NCBI RefSeq assembly: GCF_963921235.1
Contig: NC_086097.1
Location: 114,826,001 to 114,890,000 of the forward strand
Source: Mobula hypostoma
Lineage: Eukaryota
Direction: 5' to 3'
DNA length: 64,000 nt
In this document: positions 49,601 through 62,933 of the stretch, in pieces
Numbering within the stretch: position 1 is the first letter of the stretch
Layout: each line of letters starts with the position of its first letter
Translations under genes and position numbers: made by a program
The notes under the pieces: model-generated
What the model was told of the DNA's origin: nothing
The model's database searches: none
Seen by the model: only the letters and a program-made list of their open reading frames with translations

Positions 49601-51214
49601 GGAGCAGCTCAAACAGTGTCCAAAAGTCAGTCTCATTCTCCCGACGTTTTAAAGTGACAGTCCACAGAAAATATGAACCCTAGTGGTACATAACATCCCA
49701 ATCTGTTCAGGTTGGGGACACAATTGTCATAAGTGCAGTCAAGTATACACAATACAGAGTTTACCAACGGAATCCAAGGATATAATAGTTAAAATAGTTA
49801 AGTTGAATCTTTATAAAGCTTTGGTCTGGCCTGAAATGGCATAGAGTCATAGAGCACTACAACATAGAAACAGGCCCTTCAGCCCATCTAGTCTTTGCCA
49901 AGCTGTTATTATGCTTAGTCTCAGTGACCCACACAGAACCATAGCCATCCATAGCCCTTCCATCCATGTAGTTATCCAAACTTATATGTTGCAATCCATA
50001 AATTCTGCTGGCAGTCATTCCACATTCTCACCACTCTCTGAGTAAAGAAGACACCCCTCAAGTTCCCCTTTTACATATAACGTGCGAACTCTAGTTCTAG
50101 TCTCACTCACCCTCAGTGGAAAAAGCCTGCTTGCATTTACCCTGTCTATATCTCTTCATAATTTTGTATACATCTATCAAATCTCCCTTCATTCTTCTAT
50201 GCTCTAGGGAAAAGAAGACCCTAATTTATTTGTGTTCAATTCTAGATGTAACATTTTTCAAAATTGAATCTAGACCATGATGGGGGTCTGGGATTATCTA
50301 GCTAAAAGGGCTGTAGAAGCAGAAACCTCACAATTCACATCATACTCGGTCACTTGCTTGAAGAGCTGTGACCTTTAGAAATATGAACCAAATACCAGAA
50401 AATGGGATCAGGTTGTGTGGGTCACTTTTGTCTGGCAGAGACATGATGGTCAGAGACATGAATAGCCTTCTTCTGCATCTCAAATTCTCTAGGATTCTGT
50501 GGAGTTTGTTGTAAGTGTGGAAGTGTTTGGCCTTCATGAAGGCTCAGCCTATAAACCAAGGTAGTATTAGTAGTAGTAGTGCAACCACCCGAGTTGAGTA
50601 TGATGGGCTGCTAAGGAGTTATTCCCTTAATGGAAAACTCCAGAATGTTTAACATGCGGTGACTGATGCACAGCTACAACACAGTCCTTGACAGATCAGG
50701 GTCAGGATCCACTGGCATGGCATGCAGGATGATTGGGAACCATTCATTGCTGCAGACGTCCTCTGACATCACTGTCGTTGTGATGTGTCATCATTTTCTG
50801 CAGCTTCACCATTAAGGAGGTGGTTGGATTGCGCTTTGTCTGGAACATCCCCCTTAACCTTACTGGATTGGGCTAAGTTGCAGACAGCATCACTCTCGGG
50901 AACTCAGGAGCTCCCTAGCCCTCCGCCATGACAAAGTGTAATCCTCAGAGAAGGTAACCCAAGGGTGCTATGCTAAACTCATATAAATTTAAGATGAGAA
51001 CATAGTTGAAGTTCTCTGTCCAATTCTGAGTACTTTAGAGTTATCTTAGACAGTACTTCTTCATGCCAAAGCATTAGGTTGGTTAAGAGAACATTTACTG
51101 CAATGAAGGAAGGAAAGACCTGAATTATATGGAGTGTTTTCTGCAAGAGTAGAAAAAAAGTTAAGCAACAATTAAACAAAAATGATGTTGATGTACTTTG
51201 ATAGACTTATTAAT

Positions 51215-51630
51215 AGGAACACAAGAGATTTTGCAGAAGCTGTGAATCCAGAGCAACACACACAAAATGCTTGTGGAATTCAGTAAGTCAGGTAGCACCT
51301 GTAGAGAGGAATAAGCTGTTGATGTTTCAGGCCGAGACCCTTCATCAGCACTGGAAAGCAAGTAGTATAGAAGCCAGAAAGAGGAGGTGAGGGCAGGGGA
51401 AGGAGTACAAGGTGGCAGGTGAGGTGGAAAGTGGGAGTGGTGAGAGGCATATGAAATAAGAAGCTGAGAGGGGAAAGGTGGACGAAGAGAAAGCCTGAGT
51501 ATCAAACACAAAAAAATCTGCAGATGTTGCAAATCCAAGCAACGCACACAAAATGCTGGAGGAACTCAGCAGGCCTGGCAGTTTCTATGGAAAAGAGTAA
51601 ACAGTCTTTTGGGCCAAGACCCTTCATCAG
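51215..51630 (-). mobile_element. Two tandem PLE 3' termini with hammerhead motifs
   Basis: AACACAAGAGATTTTGCAGAAGCTG...GGCCGAGACCCTTCATCAG recurs at 51217-51350 and 51505-51630. Confidence 0.75.
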
Positions 51631-52172
51631 CCTGAATAACAGGAAGCTTTTGCTGGTAAAGTACCAGAGAAAAGATGAGAAAAATTCTTTTCCCTGTGCC
51701 TGCCAAACCTAAACACACCGTAGGTACTGAAAATCTGCAATCAAATCAGGTTAGTCAGAATCTGCAGAGAGAATCTGTCCTAATAAACTTAAGTTGCCCT
51801 TCCACAGGTTTCACCTGAATTGTTGGGTATCTCCAGTGTTTTTGTTTTCGTTTCCTTTTTTTTGCATGATTTCTGTTATTGTGATATATTAATTAATTAA
51901 TTTATTTATTTATAGAGATACTGCGCAGAATAGGCCCTTCTGGCCCTTTGAGCCACACTGCCCAGCAACCTCTGATTTAATCCTAGCTTAATCACGGGAC
52001 AATATACAACGACCAATTAATCCATCAACCGGTACATCTTTGGACTGTGGGAGGAAACCGGGGCACCTGGAAGAAATCCACACGGTGACATGAGGAACAT
52101 GCAAACATCTTACAGTAGCAATGGGAACTCAACCTGGGACACTTGTACTGTAAAGTGATGTCCTAACTAATA

Positions 52173-52365
52173 TGTCTGTTCTTAATAAAGACAAATTTGG
52201 CGTGGATTTGCGTTAGAACATTTTATTACCGAACTGCTGCTCAAACCTGTGCATGCACAATCTGGTCACCATTGTAGTTTCTGGTTCCAGATGAACCCCT
52301 CACTTTACACACTGGGAACTGCAGTTTTTTTTTATTATGCACACAGAATAACACATCTTCCTCTT
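52173..52365 (-). mobile_element. Short Gypsy 3' LTR plus PPT (same family as 59363-59544)
   Basis: Reverse complement aligns with 59363-59544; purine tract AAGAGGAAGATG lies immediately upstream on the minus strand. Confidence 0.75.
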
Positions 52366-54359
52366 GAAAGAAAAACAAGCACGGGAAACAGACAACTCAG
52401 GGTCAGCCATCGTATGCATAGCACCCTGTTACGTTTCCACTGGCATTTTGTGAAAAGAAATTTACAAAGATGATGCCAAGAATGGTGACTATTAGTTGTA
52501 CAGAGGGCTTTACCAGGCTGTGATTGTTCTCTTTGGAAAGGGGCAGCCAAAGATAGATAAATGTAAAAATATGAAACTATGAGAGATTTAGGAAGAGTGA
52601 ACAGGAAGGATCTATGTCTCTCAGCAGAGAAGTTAATCATGGTACATAGCACCAGGATAGTGTAGTGGCTAGTCTGACATTATTATGGCTCGGGGTGTTC
52701 CAGAGCTTGGAGTTCAATTCCGATACCCTCTGTAAGAAGCTTGCATATTCTACATGTGACCGCGTAGATTTCTCTGGTGCTCTGGTTTCCTTCCACAGTC
52801 CAAAGATGTACCGGTTAGCAATTGGTCATTGTAAATTGTCTTGTGATTAGGCAGGGGTTAAATAGATGGGCAGTGCAGCTCGCTGGCATGGATGGCCCTA
52901 TTCCACTCTGTATCTCAATAAATAACATAAACTGGTTTCTATAGATTTACTGGCAAAAGGGAAAATGCTACCAGCATTTAATTTAGTGCTGGAGTTCTTT
53001 GTGGAAATTATGTTTGGAACGATGTCAAAAGCAGAAACTCTTGGAGAAGGCAGGAGAATGGTCATGAAAGGGATAATAAATCAGCCATGATCGAATGATG
53101 GAGCAGACTTGATGGGCCTAATTCTGCTCCTAAGTCTTAGGGTCTGATTTGAAATGAAGCTACATCAGCATTTGATATGCCATAAACTGAAGTTCACAGA
53201 CTAAGAGTTGAGAAATCAAATTAATCAAAATATTGGGATTAAATGTCTTCTGCTAACCTTGAGATTAACAGGCATCTGCTCTTGGACCAGGATTTTTCTT
53301 CTGCTAAATGCATCAATGTGGCTGACGGCTGCATAATGCAACATCAGAGCTGTCCTTTCATAAGTAGCAAGCCGTATTCCAAGATTTGCCACATGCGCGG
53401 CTGAGATGTCTTACCAAGCTCACTCCCTATCAAAGCTTGCATTGAAATTAAATGTCTTTGTCAATCATTTCTTCCTATTCCATTCAACGGAGCTGTTGTA
53501 CTTGCACTATATTAACCTACACAGGATCAGTGGCCATAGTTCCCTGCATGTTCCAGTAAGGGGTCTATCAAATCAGCACAGGGACAGCTGGCTGCATGAA
53601 CTGCAATATGGAAGAGGCCTCTAGTGATAAAGCCAGTGCCAGTGTTTCTCTCTTTGAACTTGCACAACAAAATGTGTGTGGATCCTGGGAGAACTGTTGA
53701 CAACTGAGCAAAAGATTCACGCCAATCAGTGCATATCAGTTGTCTAACTGCCTTTTTTTTGGATGATTTGGGAAGAATATGTTAATTAGTTAATTCAACA
53801 GGTGGTTTAGTAAAATGAATAAGCTGGCATGCACATAATGGACCTAAAATCTCCTTCTGTGCTATGAATCCTTATAATTCTAAGATTATTATTCTCTTTA
53901 CCACTTTGAACATAGAACATGGGACTCTACAGCACAGTACAAGCTCTTCAGCCCATGATGTGCCGACATGAAGATTATTTTAGACAATCCCTCCCCCCAC
54001 ATAGCCCTCTTTTTATTATCCTTGTGCATATCTAAGAGTTTCTTAAATGCTACTAATGTAGCTTCCTCTTCCGTCACCCCTGTAGGGCAATCCACACACC
54101 ACCACTCTGTGTAAAAATCATACCTCTGACTTTCATTCCCCCCCCATACTTTCCTCCAACTACCTTAAAATTATGCCCCCTCATTTTAGCCATTTCCTCC
54201 CTGGGATATAGTCTTTGGCTATCCACTCTACCTATGCCACATATCAAGTCACCTCTCATCCTCCCTCACTCCAAAGAGGAAATCCCTAGCTCACTCAACC
54301 TATTCTCATAAGATATTTAAACGCAAACAACACTATTCACTACTGCGAAGCCTCTTCCG

Positions 54360-57300
54360 GTGATGCCTACACCGAAGAAGTTTAGATCCTCTCTTCGACG
54401 GGAGTTCAGTGAAACCATCTCTCACTGCTCCCCATCTGTTATTTTTTCGGCTCTTCAACTTTTCAACCACACTTTGACTCAGACTCGCTATTACAGCCAT
54501 ATATCCTTTCTTGGAACATGCCTCCGTCGCCAACTTACTCCAGTTGGCTTTAGGATTCGTTTCCAAGCCTCTCAATTTGGACCTTCTGAGGATCCCAGGT
54601 ACTCACATTTTATTGACTCTGCCTCTCGCCGCTTCTCCCGTCAAGCTCTGAAGGCGACTCTCTCCGCCATGAGGAGGTACTTGGTGTCCCTATCCCAGAC
54701 CCTTCCACACCTTCGGGACATTTTCTTTGCCGTCTGTAATGGTCCTACCCGTTATTTCATCCTCCGTCGGATTCACGCCTGCAATCGCCGTTTTTTTGAC
54801 TTTGTCATGTTAGGCAAAGGTCGCAAGATCCTACATCTACGGACTCCAGAGCCTGCCGGCCCCGACGCTAGCAGGCATGAACTTCAGATTGCGGCCACTG
54901 CCATTGATCTCGCCGGCTCCAGCACCTCAGGGCATATTCAAAACCCGGACTCCAGCAACGACCATGGACACCTTCACAGCGATTGCGCAACCACCAACTG
55001 CGACTCCAGCCTTGAACTCCAGGCCGGGTCTTTATGTGCTGCTATTGTGACTCCCGTCTCCCCTTCCCCCACCACCACTCCGCAGCCCCGTCTTCCTCAG
55101 ATCCCACCGTCAACTCCTGGGCCCTCAGAGGCTCCATCTTCCTCTCACCCCAACCCTCCCCTCTCCACTGACACCCCCAGCCTCCCCCTTCCCCCCTCTG
55201 ATCCCAGCTCTCATCCATGCCAGGTCTTTATCATCCCCTCCGACCTTCAACTGTCGGAGGCAGAACGCTCTGTTCTCAGTAAGGGCCTCACCTTTGTCCC
55301 CCTTCGCCCACACCTCAGCGAGTTCCGTGTTCGCCATGATGCGGAACTTTTCCTCCGCCGTCTCCGTCTCCGAGCCTACTTCTTCGGCAAGGACTCTTCC
55401 ACCCCCACCGATGACCCCTTCTCCCGTCTTCAACCCTCCTCTTCTTCATGGACACCCCGCTCTGGTCTTCTGCCTGCTCTGGATCTCTTTATTGCCAACT
55501 GCCGACGGGACATCAACCGTCTCGACTTTACCGCACCTTGTCCCCATTCCAACCTCACTCCTTCGGAACGCTCTGCTCTCCACTCCCTCTGCACTAATCC
55601 TAACCTTATTATTAAACCCGCCGATAAGGGGGCTGCTGTTGTAGTCTGGCGTACTGACCTCTACATTGCTGAGGCACAGCGACACTCGCGGATACCTCCT
55701 CTTATTTACCCCTCGATCGTGACCCCACTAAGGAGCACCAGGCCATTGTCTCCCACACCATCACCGACTTTATCCGCTCAGGGGATCTCCCATCCACTGC
55801 TACCAACCTTATAGTTCCCACAGCCCACACTTCCCGTTTCTACCTCCTACCCAAGATCCGCAAACCTGCCTGTCCTGGCTGACCTATTGTCTCAGCTTGC
55901 TCCTGCCCCACCGAACTCATTTCTGCATACCTCGACACTGTTTTATCACCCCTTGTTCAATCCCTTCCGACCTATGTTCGTGACACTTCTCACGCTCTTA
56001 AACTTTTCGATGATTTTAAGTTCCCTGGCCCCCACCGCTTTATTTTCACCATGGATGTCCAGTCCTTATATACTTCCATCCCCCATCAGGAAGGTCTCAA
56101 AGCTCTATGCTTCTTTTTGGATTCCAGACTTAATCAGTTCCCCTCTACCACCACTCTGCTCCATCTAGCGGAATCAGTCCTTACTCTTAATAATTTCTCC
56201 TTTGGCTCCTCCCACTTCCGCCAAACTAAAGGTGTAGCTATGGGCACCCGTATGGGTCCTAGCTATGCCTGCCTTTTTGTTGGGTTTGTGGAACAATCTA
56301 TGTTCTGTGCCTATTCTGGTATCTGTCCCCCACTTTTCCTTCGCTACATCGACGACTGCATTGGTGCTGCTTCCTGCACGCATGCAGAACTCGTTGACTT
56401 TATTAACTTTGCCTCCAACTTTCACCCTGCCCTCAAGTTTACCTGGTCCATTTCCGACACCTCCCTCCCCTTTCTAGGTCTTTCTGTCTCTGTCTCTGGA
56501 GACAGCTTATCCACTGATGTCTACTATAAGCCTACTGACTCTCACAGCTATCTGGACTATTCCTCTTCTCACCCTGTCTCTTGCAGAAACGCCATCCCCT
56601 TCTCGCAATTCCTCCGTCTCTGCCGCATCTGCTCTCAGGATGAGGCTTTTCATTCTAGGACGAGGGAGATGTCTTCCTTTTTTAAAGAAAGGGGCTTCCC
56701 TTCCTCCACTATCAACTCTGCTCTTAAACGCATCTCCCCCATTTCACGTACATCTGCTCTCACTCCATCCTCCCGCCACCCCACTAGGAATAGGGTTCCC
56801 CTGGTCCTCACCTACAACCCCACCAGCCTCCGGGTCCAACATATTATTCTCCGTAACTTCCGCCACCTCCAACAGGATCCCACCACTAAGCACATCTTTC
56901 CCTCCCCCCCTCTCTCTGCATTCCGCAGTGATCGCTCCCTACACAGCTCCCTTGTTCATTCGTCCCCCCCATCCCTCCCCACTGATCTCCCCCCGGCACT
57001 TATCCGTGTAAGCGGAACAAGTGCTACACATGCCCTTACACTTCCTCCCTTACCACCATTCAGGGCCCCAAACAGTCCTTCCAGGTGAGGCAACACTTCA
57101 CCTGTGAGTCGACTGGGGTGATATACTGCGTCCGGTGCTCCCGATGTGGCCTTCTATATATTGGCGAGACCCGATGTAGACTGGGAGACCACTTTGCTGA
57201 ACATCTACGCTCTGTCCGCCAGAGAAAGCAGGATCTCCCAGTGGCCACACATTTTAATTCCACATCCCATTCCCATTCTGACATGTCTATCCACGGCCTC

Positions 57301-57411
57301 CTCTACTGTAAAGATGAAGCCACACTCAGGTTGGAGGAACAACACCTTATATTCCGTCTGGGTAGCCTCCAACCTGATGGCATGAACATCGACTTCTCTA
57401 ACTTCCGCTAA
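54360..57411 (+). pseudogene. PLE RT-endonuclease ORF with few lesions
   Basis: ORFs 54360-55814, 56051-57088 and 57085-57411. Frameshifts near 55685 and 56995; TGA in place of R of PGRPIV at 55880. Confidence 0.9.
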
Positions 57412-57704
57412 GGCCCCACCTCCCCCTTGTACCCCATCTGTTACTTTTTTTATGCACACATTCTTTCTCTCACTCTCCTTTTTCTCCCTCTGTCCCTCTA
57501 AATATACCTCTTGCCCATCCTCTGGGTTCCCCCCCCCCTTGTCTTTCTTCCCAGACCTCCTGTCCCATGATCCTCTCATATCCCCTTTGCCAATCACCTG
57601 TCCAGCTCTTGGCTCTATCCCTCCCCCTCCTGTCTTCTCCTATCATTTTGGATCTCCCCCTCCCCCTCCAACTTTCAAATCCCTTACTCACTCTTCCTTC
57701 AGTT

Positions 57705-57740
57705 AGTCCTGACGAAGGGTCTCGGCCTGAAACGTCGACT
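57705..57740 (+). ncRNA. Minimal type I hammerhead ribozyme in PLE 3' UTR
   Basis: AGTC-CTGACGA-AGGGTCTCGGCCT-GAAA-CGTC-GACT: intact core with a vestigial helix III. Confidence 0.8.
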
Positions 57741-58261
57741 GCACCTCTTCCTAGAGATGCTGCCTGGCCTGCTGCGTTCACCAGCAACTTTTATGTGTGT
57801 TGCTCTCATAAGATATGTTCTCTCAACCAGGCAAATCCTAATAAATCTCCTCTGCACCCTCTCTAAAGCTTCCAGAGAACATAAATGATATGAAGAGAAA
57901 TAAAAATCTGTTGCAAGGAATACACATTGCATAAACATCACCTTTCTTCCATTTTCACATCCAACCTTGATCCCACATCTCATGATAGTCTTCTCCATAA
58001 GTTTGGACCAAGCCTCATTTTAAATATGCTGATGAGATTTGCATCATTCTTTCCATGTGGCAGTGAGTTGCATCTGCTCATCATTTTCTGTCTAAAAGCA
58101 TGATTTCTTTATCATTTTGTGAGTGATGATTCTGTACTTTAGAGCCTATTATGCTACATGTATTCCAATGCTCGCATTTCTGGAAAAACACCTGATTTTA
58201 ACAACCTTCTAATGGAGTTCTGTATCATGATAAATATACGTTGAGCGATCAAACTAATCCT

Positions 58262-59010
58262 TAACACAAGAGATTCTGCAGATGCTGGAAATCCAGAGTA
58301 ACACACACAAAATGCTGGATGAAATCAGCAGGCAGGGAAGCATCTATGAAAAAGAATAGATAGTCAACATTTCGGGCTGAGACCCTTCATCAGGACTGGA
58401 AAGGAAAGGGGAGGAAGGCAGAATAAGAAGGTAGGGGAGGGGAAAGGGGGTGATGGGGCAAGGAGGAAAGGGGATGAAGCTGGGAGATGATAGGTGGAAA
58501 AAGTAAAGGGCTGAAGAAGAAGATATGTGATAGGAAAGGACAATGGACCATGGGGGAGAGAGGGGAAGAGGAGGAGTATCAGAGGGAGGCAATGGGTAGG
58601 TGAGGAAAAGGGAAGGGAAAAGCAGAATGGGTAATGGAAAAAGAGAGAAGGGGAGGGGAAGAAATTGCTGGAAGTTTGAGAAGTCAATGTTCATGCCATC
58701 AGGTTGGAGGGTACCAGACTGAATATGTGTTGCTCCAGCAACTTGAGAGTAGCCTCATCATGGACGTAGAAGAGGTCATGGACTGGCATATCAGAATGAC
58801 AATGGGAAGTAAATTTAAAAAGGGGTGGCCATTGGGAAATCCCACCTGTTGTGGCAGACAGAACAAAGGAGTTTGACGAAGCGATCCCCCAAACTACGCA
58901 GGTCTCAGTGATGTCGATGAGGCCACAAAGGGAGCACCAAGCACCATGGATAACCACATTAGACTCGCAGGTGAAGTGTTGCCCCAACAAGGAGTACTGT
59001 TTGGGCTCTA
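58262..59010 (-). mobile_element. Degenerate PLE GIY-YIG and 3' end with hammerhead motif (~58361-58398)
   Basis: QHFTCESNVVIHGAWCSLCGLIDITET, HFKFTSHCHSDM-like segment and MNIDFSNF. Confidence 0.85.
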
Positions 59011-59362
59011 AATGTGGAGAGGGAGGAGATAAAGGGGCAAGTGCAGCAGTATCCCAGTCCTTAACAAATTTTGCTTAATTCCTCAACAAGGAACAACCCA
59101 AGATTTTAGTGTAAAATTTGGTCTATGTATGAATGGAAATTAAGTTGATTCACCAAATCATCATACATTCGAAATTACCGAATACAAGATTTTGAATGAC
59201 TGATCTAATGTCTTCACATACTAATAATTATTTATTGGTTAGTACAAGTAATTTGTGAAGCATTCCACTGTAAAAGATCATTGCATGAGTTTTAGTTTTA
59301 GTAATGATTGAATTATTTAAATGACAATTGATCCACTCTTTACCTAGAATTGGTGATTAGTA

Positions 59363-60540
59363 TGTTATAATGTGTGCATAAAAAAAAACTCCTTTTCCCA
59401 GTGGGCAATGGGAGGGGTTCACCCGGAACCAGAAGCTATGATGGTGACCTGGTTGGCACAAATAAGATTGAGCAGCAGTTCATTAATAAAATGATCTGTA
59501 ATAAACCTGCACCAAGTTTGTCTTTATTAAGAACAAACAAAACATGGTGTCAGAAGTTGGCGTGAGGTCTAAACATGGAGAGTAAATGGATACTGTGTGC
59601 AACTGAGAAAGAGACTGCGTGAGTATGAAAGGTGGTAGCAGCAAGTAAGATTACGATGGAGAGAAGCTGAGCAGCAAGGTGAGAGGTCGTTCCCAAAGTT
59701 CAGCAGTCACCAGATTCACCAAGATTGATTCAGATAAGAGACGAGAGTTCCGATGATGGATAAGCTAGGTCCTCCTGCACCTATGCAGTTAACTGGCAAT
59801 CTAACTGATAACTGGATATGCTTTAAGCAGCAATTCAATATATATTTAGCAGCTAGCAGAGCAGGAGAGACTGATGATCAATTGAAAACATCTATTTCTC
59901 TGCATGTAATTGGTGAAGATGTTTTGGACATCTACAACAACTTTCAAATTGATGAGACAGCTTCTACATTCAACACGCTGATGACAAAATTTGTGGAATA
60001 TTTTCTCCCAAGTAAAAATATCACATTTTTTCCCTGTGACCAGAAACAAGGTGATAGGTTTGACCAATACTCGCTGAGCTACACGCACTAAGTCCTGTGA
60101 ATTTGGAAGATAGTGAAACTTACTAGTTAGAGACAGAATAGTTTGGGGAATTCCAGATATAGACTAATAGAAAGACTGCTGCATGAAAAAGAGTTGATGC
60201 TAGAAAAGGCTATGAATTTGTGTAGGACAGCAGAGACTACAGGAGCACAAGCTAAGGAGCTGCACAGGACAGACATAACATTGCATGCTGTGAAAACAGA
60301 AGAGCAGCACACAAGATATTTTCTAAAACAACAGCAATGTAAAGAGAAAGACACAAATATTAAAACAGCAAATGCAAGTAATACACACGTGGAAACAAAT
60401 AGTTCAAAAAGGACCATTAAACCACCTCAGAAATGAATTGAAAGTTGATGAGTGGATAAGGAGCTGTAGTTGATCATTGCAATTGAAGTTGAAATGTTGA
60501 ACTTTTGAAAATTCAAAACAAAAGAAGAGACTGACTGTGT
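59363..60540 (+). mobile_element. Gypsy (Mag/CsRn1-like) 5' remnant: short LTR, tRNA-Leu PBS, degenerate gag
   Basis: LTR 59363-59544 (TGTT...AACA); PBS TGGTGTCAGAAGT at 59545; gag MDKLGPPAPMQLTGNLTDNWICFKQQFNIYL...LHVIGED and ERLLHEKELMLEKAMNLCR. Confidence 0.85.
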
Positions 60541-61619
60541 AATGTAGATATCTTTGTTGGAAAGGATGATTGTTCCTTGCCATTTTAGTATTAAAACAAG
60601 GAGACAAATGAATGAGGATGAACTATTTGAGAGAGCCATAGAGTCATACAGCATGAAAATAGGCCCCTCATTCTAACTCATCTATGCTGACAGTGTTGCT
60701 CAGCAAATTAGCCTCATCCTTCTGGTAAGGCACAGTGCGTTCAACCACTGTTGCTTCTACAGGGTGAACCAAAGGTGTTAGTATCTTTTTTAAATGTCTT
60801 TTTTATGATCGCAAGACCCTGCTGGACATTACGAACTTAAAGCACTGCAGGTCTGCCCCGTAAGCAGTTGCTCATTGGCAGAGAAAGTGAAGGAGCTGGA
60901 CTTGGTGCAGAGTGTGCTGCTGCCGCAACAGAAAGGTATCAGTGTGCAGACTAACAGTGAATGATCATTTTTGTTGCTTTCCTTGTGATTGCAAATCCTT
61001 GTTAGACATTGTTAATGTGGAACGCTGGAAGTCCGAACCACTGGTTTATTGGTGTGTGACAGGGGCAGATGGCAGGGGAGATGCGTGGCTTCAGTTGCAG
61101 CAAGGACTGGGCCTCAAGCTGCAGTGCTGCATGTTTTCAACCACCGAAGAAAGAGGTGTCGGAGTCGTAGCACTCCATCAGAAGCAGTGTGGCACGGTGT
61201 TCAAACTGAAGATATGCTGCCTTCCAGTTTCACTCCACAGAAGACAAGCTACATTGTGTTCGACTACAGATTTCTACACATTCATTCATGGACTCAGGGT
61301 CTTGGTCTTTTCAATGGTTTTCAAATGTTGTTAACGTGCCTAGTCAACTGCAATTTCTGACAGTTCATTTCTAACATGCGCCTTTTTTTGCTTGATGGAG
61401 CTACCTCTGATGTTCCTTTTAAACCTCTTGCCTATGATCTGAAACCTATGCCCTGTTGTTATTGGCATCCCATTCCTGGAGCGATGGCTATGTGCTTTCA
61501 CTCTGTCAATGCCCTTCATCATGCTCTATACACCTATAGGGTCACCCCTCAATCTCCTACATTCTAGGCATTAAAGCCAGAGAATAAAGTCCTGGAGTTC
61601 TTTACTGAGGTACTGTAAC

Positions 61620-62933
61620 CAAGTGGACACTTGAAGGTAGGGTAGTAGATGTTGTCTATATGGACTTCAGTACAGCCTTCGACAAGGTCCTGTATGGGAG
61701 CCTGATCTGGAAGGATATGTCAAATGGGATTCAGGAGAAGCTAGGAAAGTGGAATCAGAATCGGCTCAATAATAGAAGTTCAAAGGTTCTAAGTTCATGG
61801 TTAAAATTGGATACCTGTAACTAGTGGGGTGCCCCAGGGATCAGTGTCAGGACCTTTCTTTTTTATTATTTATGTAAATCCATTAGATATGAATGTATGT
61901 GGTTTAATTAGTAGGATAGCTGTTGATGTAAAATTAGATGATCTGTAATGGTGAAGCAGGTTGCAAGAATTGCAGAGATCTTGATAAGTATGGGAGATAG
62001 CCTAAGGAATGGAAAATAGATTTCAACTTAGATAAGTGTGAGGTGATGCATTTTGAATAGTCAACCCAGGATAGGACTTATATCATGAATGGCAGGACAC
62101 TGACTGGTGTTGTGGAACAAAGGGACCTGGGAGAACAAGTGCACATCTGCCAAAAGAAGGGCCTTGAAGAAGGTTCTCAGCCCAAATCATCGACAATTTA
62201 CTCTTTTCCATTGATGCTACCTGGCCTGCTGAGTTCCTCCAGCATTTTGTGTGTGTTGGTTAGCTGAAACCAACTGCTGAAGTAGATAGGGTGGTGAAGA
62301 AGCTATTTAACATATTGGACTTTATCAGAAAGGGCATTGATTTTAGAGGTAAGGACATTATATTGCATAATTCTTTAGTGAGGCCAAACTTGGTATACTT
62401 GGTACAGTTTGGAGGGTATGGCAACTGGGGTGGCTTATAGAATGTTGCAGTTGGCATAGTTCAGTTATGCCAAAGTGTGTGCATAATGGTGTGTGCTATA
62501 TGCTCTATAATGGTGCAGTCTGTCCTTGTAACTCTTCTTTGTGGAAATAGCAAGCAGGATAGACAAAGGAGAATCATTGGATGTTGTTTACTTGGATTCC
62601 CAGGCCTTTGACAAGATGCTGCACATGCGGCTGCTTCACAAGTTAAGAACACATGGTTTTACAGGAAAGGTACTAGCATGGATAAAGGATTGGCTGATTG
62701 GCAGGAGGCAAAGAGTGGAAATAAAGGGAGATTTTTCTGGTTGGCTGCTGGTAATTAGTTATGTTCCACAGGGGTCTGCGTTGGGACCAATACAATTTAC
62801 ATTATAGCTCAGTTACTTGGATGACAGTATTGATGGCTTTGTCGCCAGATTTGCAGATGATACAAAGTTAAGTCGAGGAGCAAGTAGTGTTGAGGAGGCA
62901 GGGAGTCTGCAGAAGGTCTTAGACAGGTTGGGA
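61620..62933 (+). mobile_element. Degenerate CR1 RT fragments (at least two)
   Basis: DVVYMDFSTAFDKV, GVPQGSV, LDVVYLD..AFDK and FADDTKL motifs; a PLE terminus is embedded at ~62160-62260. Confidence 0.8.

Larger units (their letters stand above)
45201..49695 (-). mobile_element. Non-autonomous Gypsy (Gmr1-like) LTR retrotransposon with ~1.3-kb LTRs
   Basis: LTRs 45201-~46485 and 48377-49695 (TGTTACG...CATAACA). PPT (plus strand CCCCTACCCCC) at 46486-46496. Flanks CCCC/TCCC. It interrupts a repeat whose uninterrupted copy lies inverted at ~50640-50950. Confidence 0.95.
54317..57803 (+). mobile_element. Near-full-length Penelope-like element (Neptune-type): RT + GIY-YIG
   Basis: LSKGLTFVP, IKPADKG, MDVQSLYTSIP, GVAMGT, LRYIDD, Cys linker CKRNKCYTC and VIYCVRCSRCGLLYIGET. 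13-bp TSD TCTCATAAGATAT at 54304-54316 and 57804-57816. Confidence 0.96.
53905..57875 (-). mobile_element. CR1 3' fragment split by the PLE insertion (53905-54316 and 57804-57875)
   Basis: EALERVQRRFIR on the right side continues as MRGDLI...RVDSQRL on the left side. Confidence 0.8.

Noticed and set aside
55880..55882. Selenocysteine recoding of the in-frame TGA in the PLE ORF
   Set aside because: The position corresponds to conserved Arg (PGRPIV); CGA>TGA decay is sufficient.
52173..59544. A single LTR element bounded by the LTRs at 52173-52353 and 59363-59544
   Set aside because: The LTRs are in opposite orientation and visibly diverged, so they are best read as separate insertions.
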